From Syntrophaceae bacterium UBA4054 (GTDB lineage: Bacteria; Desulfobacterota; Syntrophia; Syntrophales; UBA4778), in contig DFZO01000045.1 of the NCBI GenBank assembly GCA_002383495.1, positions 68,442-132,441 of the forward strand: DNA of 64,000 nucleotides, written 5' to 3'. Shown one piece after another: positions 21,487 to 30,854 of this stretch; position 1 is the stretch's first letter; the number at the start of each line of letters is the position of its first letter. The notes under the pieces were generated by a model. It made no database searches, was not told the origin of the DNA, and saw nothing but the letters and a program-made list of their open reading frames with translations. Both the position numbers and the translations under genes were made by a program.

Positions 21487-23791
21487 ACGATCCATATCTC
21501 CCGAACGATGGAGAGAGATTCTGGGCATCCTCTTCCTGGCGCTGGCGCTCTTTTTCATCCTGTGCCTCTTTTCCTATGACCCCGCAGACCCCTCTTTTGC
21601 CCATTCCGTGACAGGCAGCGTCAGGATAAACAACCTCTGCGGATTTGTCGGTTCCTACAGCGCCGACGCCCTGATCCGGTTCATGGGGGCAAGCGCCCTC
21701 TGGCTTCCAACCCTTCTGATTGTGATGGCCATAAGGCTCTTCAGGAAAGATGCGGGCGAGATCGGCGGATGGATGATCGGCGGGTATGCGGGCCTCGTCT
21801 TTGCCACAGCAGGGCTTCTGGCCCTTGCCTTCGGCCAGATTCGATTCCGCGGATCAGGACTCTCGGCGGGCGGGATGATGGGAAACTTCTCCGTCGAGTT
21901 TCTGAAGTCTTATCTCAACACAACAGGGACACTCATTCTTCTCATCCTCGTATTTGTCATCGCCCTGATGATCACGGCCGACCTCTCCATGGTGGTGCTG
22001 GTCAGGGGCGCCGCCGACAGAATCAGGGAAGCCTGGTCGCGTCTGGAGAACACGATCCTGGAGAAAATGGAACGCGGGGAGAAGGACATTCCTGAAGAAA
22101 CGGAGCCTCCTCCGCCCATCGTCGATGTGAAAGAGACCCCAGCGGAGCGGGAGACAAAACCGGTTCCCCTGATCCTGGAAGATATTCCCCAGCCGCCGGA
22201 GCTGAAGGCCAGGAAAAGGAAAGGTGAACAAGCTGCCTTCGAGTTCGTTCATGAAAAAAACGCCTTCCGGCTGCCGCCCCTCACCCTGCTGGATGATCTG
22301 AAGCGGGGCGACGCAAAAATCAAGAAAGAGAGCCTGATTGCGAACGCCAGGATCCTGGAACAAAAGCTGGCCGATTTCGGTGTGGAAGGCCGCGTGGTTG
22401 AAGTGAAGCCGGGCCCGCTCATCACCATGTATGAGCTCGAGCCGGCGCCGGGGGTCAAGCTCAATCGGATCACCAACCTCTCGGAGGACCTGGCCATGGC
22501 CCTGAGAGCACCGAGCGTCCGGATTGCTCCCATATCGGGGAAGGCTGTCGTGGGCATTGAAATTCCGAATCAGGAGCGGGAGCCGGTCCATCTGAGAGAC
22601 GTGCTCGATCATACGATCTTTCTGGAGTCCAGGTTCAGGCTTCCCATCGCCCTGGGCGAGGACATCGTGGGAACACCGGTGATCACAGACCTTGCCCGAA
22701 TGCCCCATCTCCTCATCGCGGGCACGACGGGTTCGGGGAAAAGCGTGTCCCTCAATGCCATGATCTGCAGCATCCTGTTCAAGGCCGCGCCCGATGAAGT
22801 AAAGTTCCTCATGATCGATCCCAAGCGGCTCGAATTATCCGGGTACGAGGGCATACCGCACCTCCTCCACCCGGTCGTCGTAAACCCGAAGGACGCCTCC
22901 CAGGTTCTCCGGTGGGCTGTGGCGGAGATGGAGCGGAGGTATCGGGTCATCGGCGAGAGCGGGGTAAAAAGCATCGAGCGGTTCAACAGGCTCGTGGAAA
23001 AGGAGAGCTTCCTCAAGGAGCGCTCTTCCCATGCGGCGAAGCATGAGATCACCGACGAAGAGGATGAGACACCCGAAACGCCCTTCCCCGTTGAGATCAC
23101 CCATGTCGGCGAGGGCGAGTCCGCAAAGGTCCCCTTTGAAAAACTGCCCTATATCGTCATTGTCATAGACGAACTGGCCGACCTCATGATGGTGGCGCAA
23201 CGCAACGTGGAGGAATCCCTCACCCGGCTGGCGCAGATGGCGAGGGCCGCGGGCATCCACCTGATTCTGGCGACCCAGCGGCCGTCCGTGGACGTCATCA
23301 CGGGCATCATCAAGGCCAACTTTCCCACCCGCATTTCCTTCCAGGTCTCGTCGAAAGTGGATTCCAGGACCATCCTGGATCAGCTCGGCGCCGAGCAGCT
23401 CCTGGGCTCCGGCGACATGCTCTTCCTGCCTCCCGGGACGTCTCGGCTGTCGCGGATCCACGGTGCCTACGTGTCTGAGAAGGAAATTGAGAGGATCGTC
23501 GGCTTCATAAAAAATCAGGCGCAGCCGAGGTATGACGAATCCATCCTGAAAAGCCAGCCGGAGACGGCAAACGGCGAAAAAAAGGATGAGGACTTTGACG
23601 AAAAATACGATGAAGCCGTGGAACTCGTGACCGACCTCGGACAGGCATCGATCTCTCTCGTTCAGCGCTACATGAAGATCGGGTACAACCGGGCCGCCCG
23701 AATCATCGAGAGGATGGAGGCGGAGGGGGTTGTGGGGCCCTCCGACGGCGTCAAGCCCCGAAAGGTCCTGGCGAAGAAGCTTCCAAAATGA
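21479..23791 (+). CDS. ftsK: DNA translocase FtsK
   Basis: N-terminal TM segments, a Pro-rich linker, Walker A GTTGSGKS, and the C-terminal gamma domain (LVQRYMKIGYNRAARIIE). Start set at ATG 21479 (MNERS), overlapping plsC by 8 nt. Confidence 0.9.
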   Translation: MNERSISPERWREILGILFLALALFFILCLFSYDPADPSFAHSVTGSVRINNLCGFVGSYSADALIRFMGASALWLPTLLIVMAIRLFRKDAGEIGGWMIGGYAGLVFATAGLLALAFGQIRFRGSGLSAGGMMGNFSVEFLKSYLNTTGTLILLILVFVIALMITADLSMVVLVRGAADRIREAWSRLENTILEKMERGEKDIPEETEPPPPIVDVKETPAERETKPVPLILEDIPQPPELKARKRKGEQAAFEFVHEKNAFRLPPLTLLDDLKRGDAKIKKESLIANARILEQKLADFGVEGRVVEVKPGPLITMYELEPAPGVKLNRITNLSEDLAMALRAPSVRIAPISGKAVVGIEIPNQEREPVHLRDVLDHTIFLESRFRLPIALGEDIVGTPVITDLARMPHLLIAGTTGSGKSVSLNAMICSILFKAAPDEVKFLMIDPKRLELSGYEGIPHLLHPVVVNPKDASQVLRWAVAEMERRYRVIGESGVKSIERFNRLVEKESFLKERSSHAAKHEITDEEDETPETPFPVEITHVGEGESAKVPFEKLPYIVIVIDELADLMMVAQRNVEESLTRLAQMARAAGIHLILATQRPSVDVITGIIKANFPTRISFQVSSKVDSRTILDQLGAEQLLGSGDMLFLPPGTSRLSRIHGAYVSEKEIERIVGFIKNQAQPRYDESILKSQPETANGEKKDEDFDEKYDEAVELVTDLGQASISLVQRYMKIGYNRAARIIERMEAEGVVGPSDGVKPRKVLAKKLPK

Positions 23792-23820
23792 TTTGAGGGA
23801 TTGTAACATAAACCTTCGGC

Positions 23821-23970
23821 GCTCAGAGGATTTTTTCGACCGTTCTAAATCTCGCTTCACTGCAAGTTCAAAACTCGTCCGCTGGGGGCGGACTCAGACA
23901 GTTGAACTTGCGGGCGTTGCGCTTCGATAAGAACGGTAACCCGAAAAACTCCAGATTCGCGCTTCAGGCC
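23821..23970 (+). repeat. Structured intergenic repeat (family R2), copy 1
   Basis: ~85% identical to 28298-28450 by eye. Nested inverted repeats: ACCGTTCT/AGAACGGT, GCAAGTTCAA/TTGAACTTGC and GTCCGC/GCGGAC. Confidence 0.7.
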
Positions 23971-24073
23971 TATGTTTCAATCCCTTTATCATTTCCGGGA
24001 TGGGTACATAGGACCTGTCGCCCAAATCCCTTTGGGCAGGAATCCGAAGAGCCTGTTGATCACAGAGTGAAAC

Positions 24074-25405
24074 ATGCCTGAAAAAGTCTACATTCTCAGT
24101 CTCGGCTGCCCGAAGAATCAGGTTGATTCGGAGGTCATGGGCGCTCTTCTCGTACAGGGCGGATATGAGATAACGCCGCGGCCCGAAGAGGCCCATATCA
24201 TCCTCGTAAACACCTGCGCCTTCATCCTTCCGGCCAAAGAAGAATCGATCGAGGAGATTCTCCGGATGGCGGAGTGGAAGAAGAAGGGCAGGTGTGAGAC
24301 ACTCGTCGTGACGGGGTGCCTGCCTCAGAGGTACGGCCGGGCGCTCGAGACGGAGGTGCCGGAGGTGGATCTGTTTCTGGGAACAGGGGAGGTCCCCCGC
24401 ATTGTCCGTCTGATTCAGGGAAGGCAAAGAAAGAACCATCGGACCATTATCGGGAAACCGGACTTTCTCATGGACGCCGCGTCTCCGCGGCTCTTTCCGC
24501 CGTCCACCCGAAGTGCCTATCTCAAGATCTCCGAGGGATGCTCAAACCGCTGCTCCTATTGCGTCATTCCTTCCATCCGCGGCGCCTTCAGGAGCCGGTC
24601 CGTGGCGGATATTCTGAGGGAAAGCGAAAAGCTCGCGAGAATGGGGATTCGTGAGGTGGTCCTCATTGCCCAGGATACCACGGCCTACGGCAGGGACCTG
24701 AGAGGGAAGCCGTCGCTGAGCGATCTTCTCAGGGAACTTTCATCCATTGAAACCCTGCGCTGGATTCGGCTTCTCTACGCCTATCCGACAGGCATCACGG
24801 GAGAACTTCTGCAGACGATGGCGGAGGAGAAAAAGATCTGTCATTATCTCGACATTCCCATTCAGCATATCGACGATGACATCCTCGGGGCCATGAAGAG
24901 AAAGGGACGCGGAGCGAAAATCAGGGAAACCATGAACCGGGTGAGGCGCACGATACCGGGTATCGTTTTGCGGACATCGCTGATCGTGGGTTTTCCGGGC
25001 GAGACAGCGAAAAAATTCAATGCGCTTCTCGAGTTTGTGCAGGAAGCCCGAATCGAGAATTTGGGGGTATTCGTCTATTCAAGAGAAGAGGGCACGAAAG
25101 CGGCGGAACTTCCCGCGCAGATTTCGGAAAGAGTCAAGAACAGGAGGCGGGACATCCTCATGGAAGAGCAGTCGGCGATCTCCTTCGAGATCAACCGGTC
25201 ACGGATCGGCAGCGTCGAGGAGGTTCTGCTGGAAGAAAAAAGCGATGACCCGGAATTTTCCCTGGCCGGAAGGACCCGCGGGCAGGCTCCGGAGATCGAT
25301 GGCGTGACGTATGTCAGAGTGAGAAAAGGAAAGATCGGGGATATCGTTTCCTGCCGGATCACGGGTGCCGACACATACGATTTATATGCTGAGGAGATAG
25401 GCTAA
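24074..25405 (+). CDS. rimO: Ribosomal protein S12 methylthiotransferase
   Basis: MTTase N-terminus (LGCPKNQVDSE), radical SAM motif CSNRCSYC, and a TRAM C-terminus. Confidence 0.9.
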   Translation: MPEKVYILSLGCPKNQVDSEVMGALLVQGGYEITPRPEEAHIILVNTCAFILPAKEESIEEILRMAEWKKKGRCETLVVTGCLPQRYGRALETEVPEVDLFLGTGEVPRIVRLIQGRQRKNHRTIIGKPDFLMDAASPRLFPPSTRSAYLKISEGCSNRCSYCVIPSIRGAFRSRSVADILRESEKLARMGIREVVLIAQDTTAYGRDLRGKPSLSDLLRELSSIETLRWIRLLYAYPTGITGELLQTMAEEKKICHYLDIPIQHIDDDILGAMKRKGRGAKIRETMNRVRRTIPGIVLRTSLIVGFPGETAKKFNALLEFVQEARIENLGVFVYSREEGTKAAELPAQISERVKNRRRDILMEEQSAISFEINRSRIGSVEEVLLEEKSDDPEFSLAGRTRGQAPEIDGVTYVRVRKGKIGDIVSCRITGADTYDLYAEEIG

Positions 25406-25614
25406 AGGCGCAGGGCAAAGGGCTAAAGGCAAAATGCAGAAGACAAAAGATGAAAAACGGGTAGGGGAGGTCCTTAGTCCGTTGAAGGGCAGCCTCCCTT
25501 TTCCGGGAGCGTAAACGCTCCCCTGCCCCATCATTCAATGTTTCAGCAACCTGTTCGTTTTTTGTACCCAGGTTTTTTATCCTGATGCCTGACGTCTGAT
25601 GCCCAATGCCTGTC
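25400..25614. repeat. Modular intergenic repeat (family R3), copy 2, plus a TGAYGCC-rich module
   Basis: TAGGCTAAAGGCGCAGGGCAAAGGGCTAAAGGC, then CGGGAGCGTAAACGCTCCCCTGCC (inverse of copy 1). CCTGATGCCTGACGTCTGATGCCCAATGCCTG is the inverse of 32565-32593. Confidence 0.6.
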
Positions 25615-25617
25615 TTG

Positions 25618-26025
25618 TTATTCCCACCCGATGGGCTCGTACCCTTTTTCTTTGAGGCAGCGATTCACAAAGGCCTTGAAAACGGGTGTAGGCTGGGATG
25701 CCTTGGCTACACCCCGGACAAGCCCCGCCGCGGCCCCCGTGGCCGCTCCGACAGCGGAGCCTCTTGCCAGATTGCCGGTGACGGCTCCCGCGGCGCCTCC
25801 AACCACCGTGCCGGCAGCGCCGCCCACAATGGTTCCCTTCACCACTTTCGCGCCCGGATTGGCTTTCACATAGGCCTCCGCCTTCTGCATGCAGTCGGCG
25901 ATATCGCGCTGTGCCCTTTCCTCCCCCATCTGCTGAAGATGATTGTTGGGATAGAGGACCGGCCTCTGGGCGCCGCAGCCGGCCAGAATCAGAAGAGCCG
26001 CCATCAGGATCAACAGGTGTTTCAC
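25618..26025 (-). CDS. Glycine-zipper lipoprotein
   Basis: GTG start at 26025 with GGAG 7 nt upstream. Lipobox LILAGC, then a Gly-zipper GGAAGTVVGGAAGAVTGNLARGSAVGAATGAAAG. Confidence 0.6.
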   Translation of the reverse strand: MKHLLILMAALLILAGCGAQRPVLYPNNHLQQMGEERAQRDIADCMQKAEAYVKANPGAKVVKGTIVGGAAGTVVGGAAGAVTGNLARGSAVGAATGAAAGLVRGVAKASQPTPVFKAFVNRCLKEKGYEPIGWE

Positions 26026-26146
26026 TTCACACTCCTTTTGAACAGTTGTGATCATGCGTGGAGAGCGTAGCATGGAAACCACGGGAGGGACAAGATAAAA
26101 CCAGTTCACTTGCCCGGAGGTCCGGTCTGACGGCGGACGAAAGATT

Positions 26147-26175
26147 TTGACATCCAGGACCGGTTACAGTATAGA
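26147..26175 (+). promoter_or_regulatory. Sigma70-like promoter upstream of the polyprenyl synthase gene
   Basis: TTGACA (26147-26152), 17 nt spacer, TATAGA (26170-26175). Confidence 0.4.
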
Positions 26176-26207
26176 AACGGAGAGATCGGAAGGAGCGACG
26201 CGGCCTC

Positions 26208-27182
26208 ATGTCCCTGCGGGATGTTTTAAGACAGTACGAACAGGAAATCCGGAAGATGGAGGAATCCTTCAAGGGATATTTCCATTCTCAGGTCACTCTC
26301 ATCCCCGAAATCTCGGATCATCTCATCAGCAGCGGCGGAAAGCGCTTCAGGCCCCTGCTTCTTCTCATTGCCGCCGACCTCTGCGGCTACAGGGGAGAAA
26401 GGCGATACCCTCTGTCGGCTGTTGTGGAATTCATTCACACGGCCACGCTTCTCCACGACGACGTGATAGACCACGCGGAAACCCGGAGGGGCAAACCCTC
26501 GGCGAACCGCGTGTGGGGCAACTCCGCCAGCGTCCTGGTGGGGGATTTTCTTTACTCCAAATCCTTCCAGCTCATGTCGGCGGACGGCGACATCTCCGTC
26601 ATCAATCTCCTCTCGAACACGACAAACATCATGGCGGAGGGAGAGGTCCTGCAGCTGCAGAAATGCGGCGATATCGATATCACGGAAAAGGAATACCTGT
26701 CGGTGATCGAGAAGAAGACGGCCGTTCTCATTTCAGCCGCCTGCGCCGTGGGAGCCCTCATCTCGAAAGCACCGGAGGCGAAGATCGAAGCCATGGCGCG
26801 CTTTGGCATGAGGGTGGGCATGGCCTTCCAGCTGACCGACGACACCCTGGATTACATGGCCGCCGAGGAGGAATTCGGAAAGGCCATCGGCATGGATCTC
26901 AAAGAGGGGAAAATCACCCTTCCTCTTATTCATACCCTGCGGAAATGTTCGCCTGAAGACAGGAAGCGGATCAAGAAGATCGTCCGGGACAGCGCTCAGG
27001 ACGGACATGCCATAGGAGAAATCACCGCCCTGATTGCCCGGCACAGGGGAGTGGAGTATGCCCTTGAAAAGGCCCGGACGTACATTGAAGAGGCAAAAAC
27101 GTACCTGGAACCCTTCGAAGACTCGCAGGCCAAGCGGGCCCTGCTCACTATCTCGGATTATATCATCAACCGAAATCTTTAG
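26208..27182 (+). CDS. ispB: Long-chain polyprenyl diphosphate synthase
   Basis: First and second Asp-rich motifs LLHDDVID and QLTDDTLDY. Confidence 0.85.
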   Translation: MSLRDVLRQYEQEIRKMEESFKGYFHSQVTLIPEISDHLISSGGKRFRPLLLLIAADLCGYRGERRYPLSAVVEFIHTATLLHDDVIDHAETRRGKPSANRVWGNSASVLVGDFLYSKSFQLMSADGDISVINLLSNTTNIMAEGEVLQLQKCGDIDITEKEYLSVIEKKTAVLISAACAVGALISKAPEAKIEAMARFGMRVGMAFQLTDDTLDYMAAEEEFGKAIGMDLKEGKITLPLIHTLRKCSPEDRKRIKKIVRDSAQDGHAIGEITALIARHRGVEYALEKARTYIEEAKTYLEPFEDSQAKRALLTISDYIINRNL

Positions 27183-27259
27183 CAGACTGTTGCCCTTCGA
27201 CAGGCTCAGGGTGACAAAAAATTTGTCATGGTGAGCTTGTCGAACCATGCACGTTTTTG
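27182..27259. mobile_element. MITE-like repeat, short copy B
   Basis: Perfect 10-nt terminal inverted repeat GCAGACTGTT...AACAGTCTGC. Internal modules CTTCGACAGGCTCAGGGTGAC and GTCATGGTGAGCTTGTCGAACCA. It begins at the last base of the ispB TAG. Confidence 0.6.
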
Positions 27260-27374
27260 AACAGTCTGCAAATTGATAGGTGACAGAGCCGTTCCCACAA
27301 AACCGGTTCAGCCAGTCATCAAGATTTTTACGGCCGACCTCTCTTCTTGAATCAGCGGTAAGACATCTTTGCGC

Positions 27375-28205
27375 TTATTTAAGGTAAGCAGGCAGTTGCT
27401 TCACATCCTTTCCCTTGAAACTGCATGCCATAGGGCAGGTTTTGCAGGGGCTCTTGGCGGCGGGAAGCGGCGGTTCCCCCTTGATCTTCTGCTCGATGAA
27501 CGCCAGACATTTGTTCACTTTGGCGTCGGGTCCCTCCACGGCCAGAATGACGCAGCCTTCCGATCCTCCCCATCCGCCTGAAGCGAAGTGAACAGCGTCG
27601 ATATCGAAGAGGGTTTCGACGGCATCGAGTTCCGTGAAGACTCTCCCGTCGGCGACGCAGGCCATTCCCGCGCGGGCGCCGATCGTTTTGCCCAAGGCCA
27701 TGGTTCCTGCGTATTGCGCCGCGACCTCCACGGAGGGGATCATTTTTTCAAGACCCACCGGATAGATAACCTCCAGCCCGCGGGCCTTCATGGCCATGTA
27801 AAACTGTCCCATGGTCCCGCCCACCGGGCTCGCCATGAGAACGCCCACATTGCCATAAGGATCGAGAGCGTTCGCTCCTTTGAGCAGGATGTCTCCCGGA
27901 GAGAGCTTGTCCAGAACCGCGCCCGGCTCCACGGGAAGAGCTTTTCCCTTGTGAAAGGTGACGGGCCTTGTCCGATCTTCCTGGCCCAGCACGCACAGCA
28001 CGCCCTTGATGACCTGGCCGGCCACGTAGCCTTCTTTCTTTATCTTTGCGCCGAGAAGTTCTTCGAGGATGTATGCGTTGGTCGATCCCCTGCCGACGAG
28101 AAGATAGCCGTTTTTCTTCGCTTTCTGAATCTCGGGCAGTTTCGCCACGCCCTTCCCGATCAGTCTTTTTGATTCCGACGGTGTAAGTGTAAATAGTGCC
28201 TGCAT
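27375..28205 (-). CDS. Conserved-looking hypothetical protein with C-terminal Cys motif
   Basis: 276-aa ORF with coding-like composition. No family recognised. C-terminus CKTCPMAC. Confidence 0.5.
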   Translation of the reverse strand: MQALFTLTPSESKRLIGKGVAKLPEIQKAKKNGYLLVGRGSTNAYILEELLGAKIKKEGYVAGQVIKGVLCVLGQEDRTRPVTFHKGKALPVEPGAVLDKLSPGDILLKGANALDPYGNVGVLMASPVGGTMGQFYMAMKARGLEVIYPVGLEKMIPSVEVAAQYAGTMALGKTIGARAGMACVADGRVFTELDAVETLFDIDAVHFASGGWGGSEGCVILAVEGPDAKVNKCLAFIEQKIKGEPPLPAAKSPCKTCPMACSFKGKDVKQLPAYLK

Positions 28206-28297
28206 GATAATATCCTCCTTTTAGCTAAAGTTTAATCTGTTCAGCTATTGATTATCCTTAAAATACCTGTTTCCGCTCAGGGACAGGCCTCCTCACC

Positions 28298-28450
28298 GCT
28301 CAGGATCTTTTTCCCGACCGTTCTAAATCTCGCTCCGCTGCAAGTTCAAAACTCGCCCGCCTATGGCGGGCTCAGACATTGAACTTGCGGCCGCTGTGCT
28401 GCGATAAGAAACGGTGACCCGGAAAAAAGATATTCGCTTGTTCAGAGTCC
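28298..28450 (+). repeat. Structured intergenic repeat (family R2), copy 2
   Basis: Aligns with 23821-23970. The innermost stem is GCCCGCC/GGCGGGC here versus GTCCGC/GCGGAC in copy 1, a paired substitution. Confidence 0.7.
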
Positions 28451-28521
28451 TGTCTCCCTCGCTATCAGGTGGACTATTTAAGTAAAAGAATTAGAAAGGT
28501 TTTGCATAACACATTTTTCAT

Positions 28522-28696
28522 CAGGCTGTTCAAAAATGTTCAGATGCAAGGCGTCCTTCGACTGGCTCAGGACAGGCTATATAATATGTCATGGTGAGCT
28601 TGTCGAACCACGCAGCGCAGCATGCAGACGCCGTCCCCGCCCTTCGAATTACTCAGGATAAACTCCAGCGGGGATGGATGTTTTTCAACAGCCTGT
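28522..28696. mobile_element. MITE-like repeat, copy C
   Basis: CAGGCTGTTCAAAAATG ... GGATGTTTTTCAACAGCCTGT. The right end shares one base with the nnr stop codon. Confidence 0.7.
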
Positions 28697-30270
28697 TATA
28701 TGATCCTGCATCCTTTATATATAGCGTCCCATTCCTCCGGAATCCCTTCCCGGTCCAGCCGCATGGCGAGGGGGAGATAGTCCAGGATGTCCTGGGCGCT
28801 GATGCCGTCCTCGCCCCTCTCCTCCGCGGCGAGATCTCCGGCGAACCCGTGGATGAAGACGCCCATGCGAACCGCCTCCTCAATTGGAAGGCCCAGACCG
28901 TGCATGGCGGCGATGGCCCCTGTTAGAACATCGCCGGTACCCGCCTTGGCCATTCCCGGATTGCCGCTCATGTTGATGAAAACCTTTCCGTCGGGACAGC
29001 CGATGAGGGAGTGGGCGCCCTTCAGTACGATCACGGAATTCAGTTCCCCCGCTGTCTGCCGGAGAATGCCGATTTTGTCCGCGTTCATATCCGCGATCTT
29101 CTTTTTCGTTAGCCGAGCCATCTCTCCGGGGTGGGGCGTGAGAATCGTGGCGGCTTTTCTCTTTTTCAGAATCGTCGTCCGGGAGGATATGGCGGTGATG
29201 CCGTCCCCGTCGATGAGCAGGGGCTTGTGGATCCCGGCGGCCAGTTCCCTCACGAGATCCTGGGTCTCCTCGTGCAGGGAAAGCCCGGGTCCCAGGACGA
29301 CCAAGTCCATTTTTTCAGCCAGCGACAGCAGCGCGGCTTTGTTCCTGCGGGCCACGCTTCCGGTCTTTGTTTCCTTCTGGGGGAGGATGACGATCTCGCT
29401 TCCCTTCGCAGCGATGTGGGCCGCGATGGAAGCAGGTGCGGCGAGGCGGGAATAACCGCCTCCAGCCTTGAGGAACGAATAGGCGGCGAAATACGGAGCG
29501 CCGATATAACTCGCCGCTCCGGCAATGAAAAGGACCTCACCGAAATCGCCCTTGTGACCCGCCCTGTTTCTTGGAGGGAGGGGGACCGGAGCATTGATCG
29601 ACACCCTGAGATCGTCCCGGTTCTGGAGTCCGGGTGGATAAGAGATGTGAGAGACGTAGAGCTTTCCGCAATGTTCATATCCGGGATAGAGGATGTTGCC
29701 GCGCTTGGGGAGGCCGAAGGTGATCGTTGAATGGGCCTTGACCGCGGCGCCCAGGACGTTGCCCGTGTCGCCGTCAATTCCCGAAGGGATGTCGAGACTG
29801 TAGACCCGCCTTCCCTTTTCGTTGACGAGATCAATGACCTCACGGTAGAGCCCCTTCACTTGGCGGATCAGCCCCGTACCGAAGATCGCGTCTATGACGG
29901 CATCGGCATGGGCGATGTCGGCGCGAATCGAATCGGCGGTTTCCACGGAAAGCATCTCGAAGGGGAGCCGCTCCGCGATCTCAAAATTCTTTTTTGCCGC
30001 GCCGCCGAATTTTCCCGGATCACCGAGGATGAAGGCCTTGACAGAACCTCCGCCGGAGAGAATCTTTCTTGCCACAACCAGCCCGTCGCCGCCGTTGTTT
30101 CCGACGCCGCAGAGGACAACAAAGGTCCCGTCCCGGACGCCCATTTCCTTCGCGATCAGGCGATACGCCGCCTCCCCAGCGTTTTCCATGAGGATCTCTT
30201 CGGGTATCCCGTATTTTTCCGTGGCCTCGCGGTCCAGGGATCTCATCTCCTGCACACTGCTCACTTTCAT
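28696..30270 (-). CDS. nnr: Bifunctional NAD(P)H-hydrate repair enzyme (epimerase/dehydratase)
   Basis: N-terminal YjeF_N motif GVGNNGGDG and a C-terminal carbohydrate-kinase domain (GPGLS, GTGDVLTG). Confidence 0.9.
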   Translation of the reverse strand: MKVSSVQEMRSLDREATEKYGIPEEILMENAGEAAYRLIAKEMGVRDGTFVVLCGVGNNGGDGLVVARKILSGGGSVKAFILGDPGKFGGAAKKNFEIAERLPFEMLSVETADSIRADIAHADAVIDAIFGTGLIRQVKGLYREVIDLVNEKGRRVYSLDIPSGIDGDTGNVLGAAVKAHSTITFGLPKRGNILYPGYEHCGKLYVSHISYPPGLQNRDDLRVSINAPVPLPPRNRAGHKGDFGEVLFIAGAASYIGAPYFAAYSFLKAGGGYSRLAAPASIAAHIAAKGSEIVILPQKETKTGSVARRNKAALLSLAEKMDLVVLGPGLSLHEETQDLVRELAAGIHKPLLIDGDGITAISSRTTILKKRKAATILTPHPGEMARLTKKKIADMNADKIGILRQTAGELNSVIVLKGAHSLIGCPDGKVFINMSGNPGMAKAGTGDVLTGAIAAMHGLGLPIEEAVRMGVFIHGFAGDLAAEERGEDGISAQDILDYLPLAMRLDREGIPEEWDAIYKGCRII

Positions 30271-30854
30271 TTCAGTGCTCCTTCCAGGATGTTTGTCCGT
30301 TGGTCCTCTTCCCGCCTCGGCATGGCCCCGACCTTCAGCCGCTGCCTGGAGGTAAAATACGCGAAGGACCGGTTCTTTTTCAAGGCGATATTCATGGAAA
30401 AGTATTTCAATATTTCCATCATGAAGTCGATGCGGGAATCGAATTTCTCCGGTATCAGCACGTTGAAGTCCTCTTTGGTGACGGCGTCCGTTGTCTCCAT
30501 ATCCGGCAGGCCGAGGATGGAAGAGGCCGCATCGTCGAGACCCGCGAGATACCAGCTTTCAATTTCCTTGATGACCACCCGTATCCGGCCGCCGTCTATA
30601 TTGCGGAACCGATCCAGGATACGCTGTTTTTTGGCCGTAACACAGGGTTCCTGATCGATGTCGGCCACGAGGATGTAATCGTTGTCGGAGGCCATGATAC
30701 CCCGGAGGAGATTGACGACCTTGGATTTCTTGAGTGAGGCGTAGGTCCTGACCTCCACACGATTGTATTTTTTTTCAAGAAGCGGCTGGAGAACGGCCTC
30801 GAAGAACCTTGCGTCGCTGCCGCCTTCCACCCAGATGAAGAGCTTACGTCTCAT
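30267..30854 (-). CDS. Stand-alone TOPRIM-like protein (DUF4276/DUF4435-like by recollection)
   Basis: Start set at MRRKLFIWVEGGSD (ATG 30854). Conserved Glu in VEGGSD (30827-30825), DxD in VADIDQ (30662-30654), and EIESWYLAG. It overlaps the ATPase gene by 11 nt and forms ATGA with the nnr start. Confidence 0.65.
   Translation of the reverse strand: MRRKLFIWVEGGSDARFFEAVLQPLLEKKYNRVEVRTYASLKKSKVVNLLRGIMASDNDYILVADIDQEPCVTAKKQRILDRFRNIDGGRIRVVIKEIESWYLAGLDDAASSILGLPDMETTDAVTKEDFNVLIPEKFDSRIDFMMEILKYFSMNIALKKNRSFAYFTSRQRLKVGAMPRREEDQRTNILEGALK

Noticed and set aside
28591-28926. ORFs translating repeats: 28591-28926 (MVSLSNH...), 58564-59025, 58726-59037, 23730-23930 and 27034-27234
   Set aside because: They lie inside or span the MITE-like and R2 repeats, or are antisense to nnr. 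The apparent conservation is nucleotide-level repeat identity, not protein coding.
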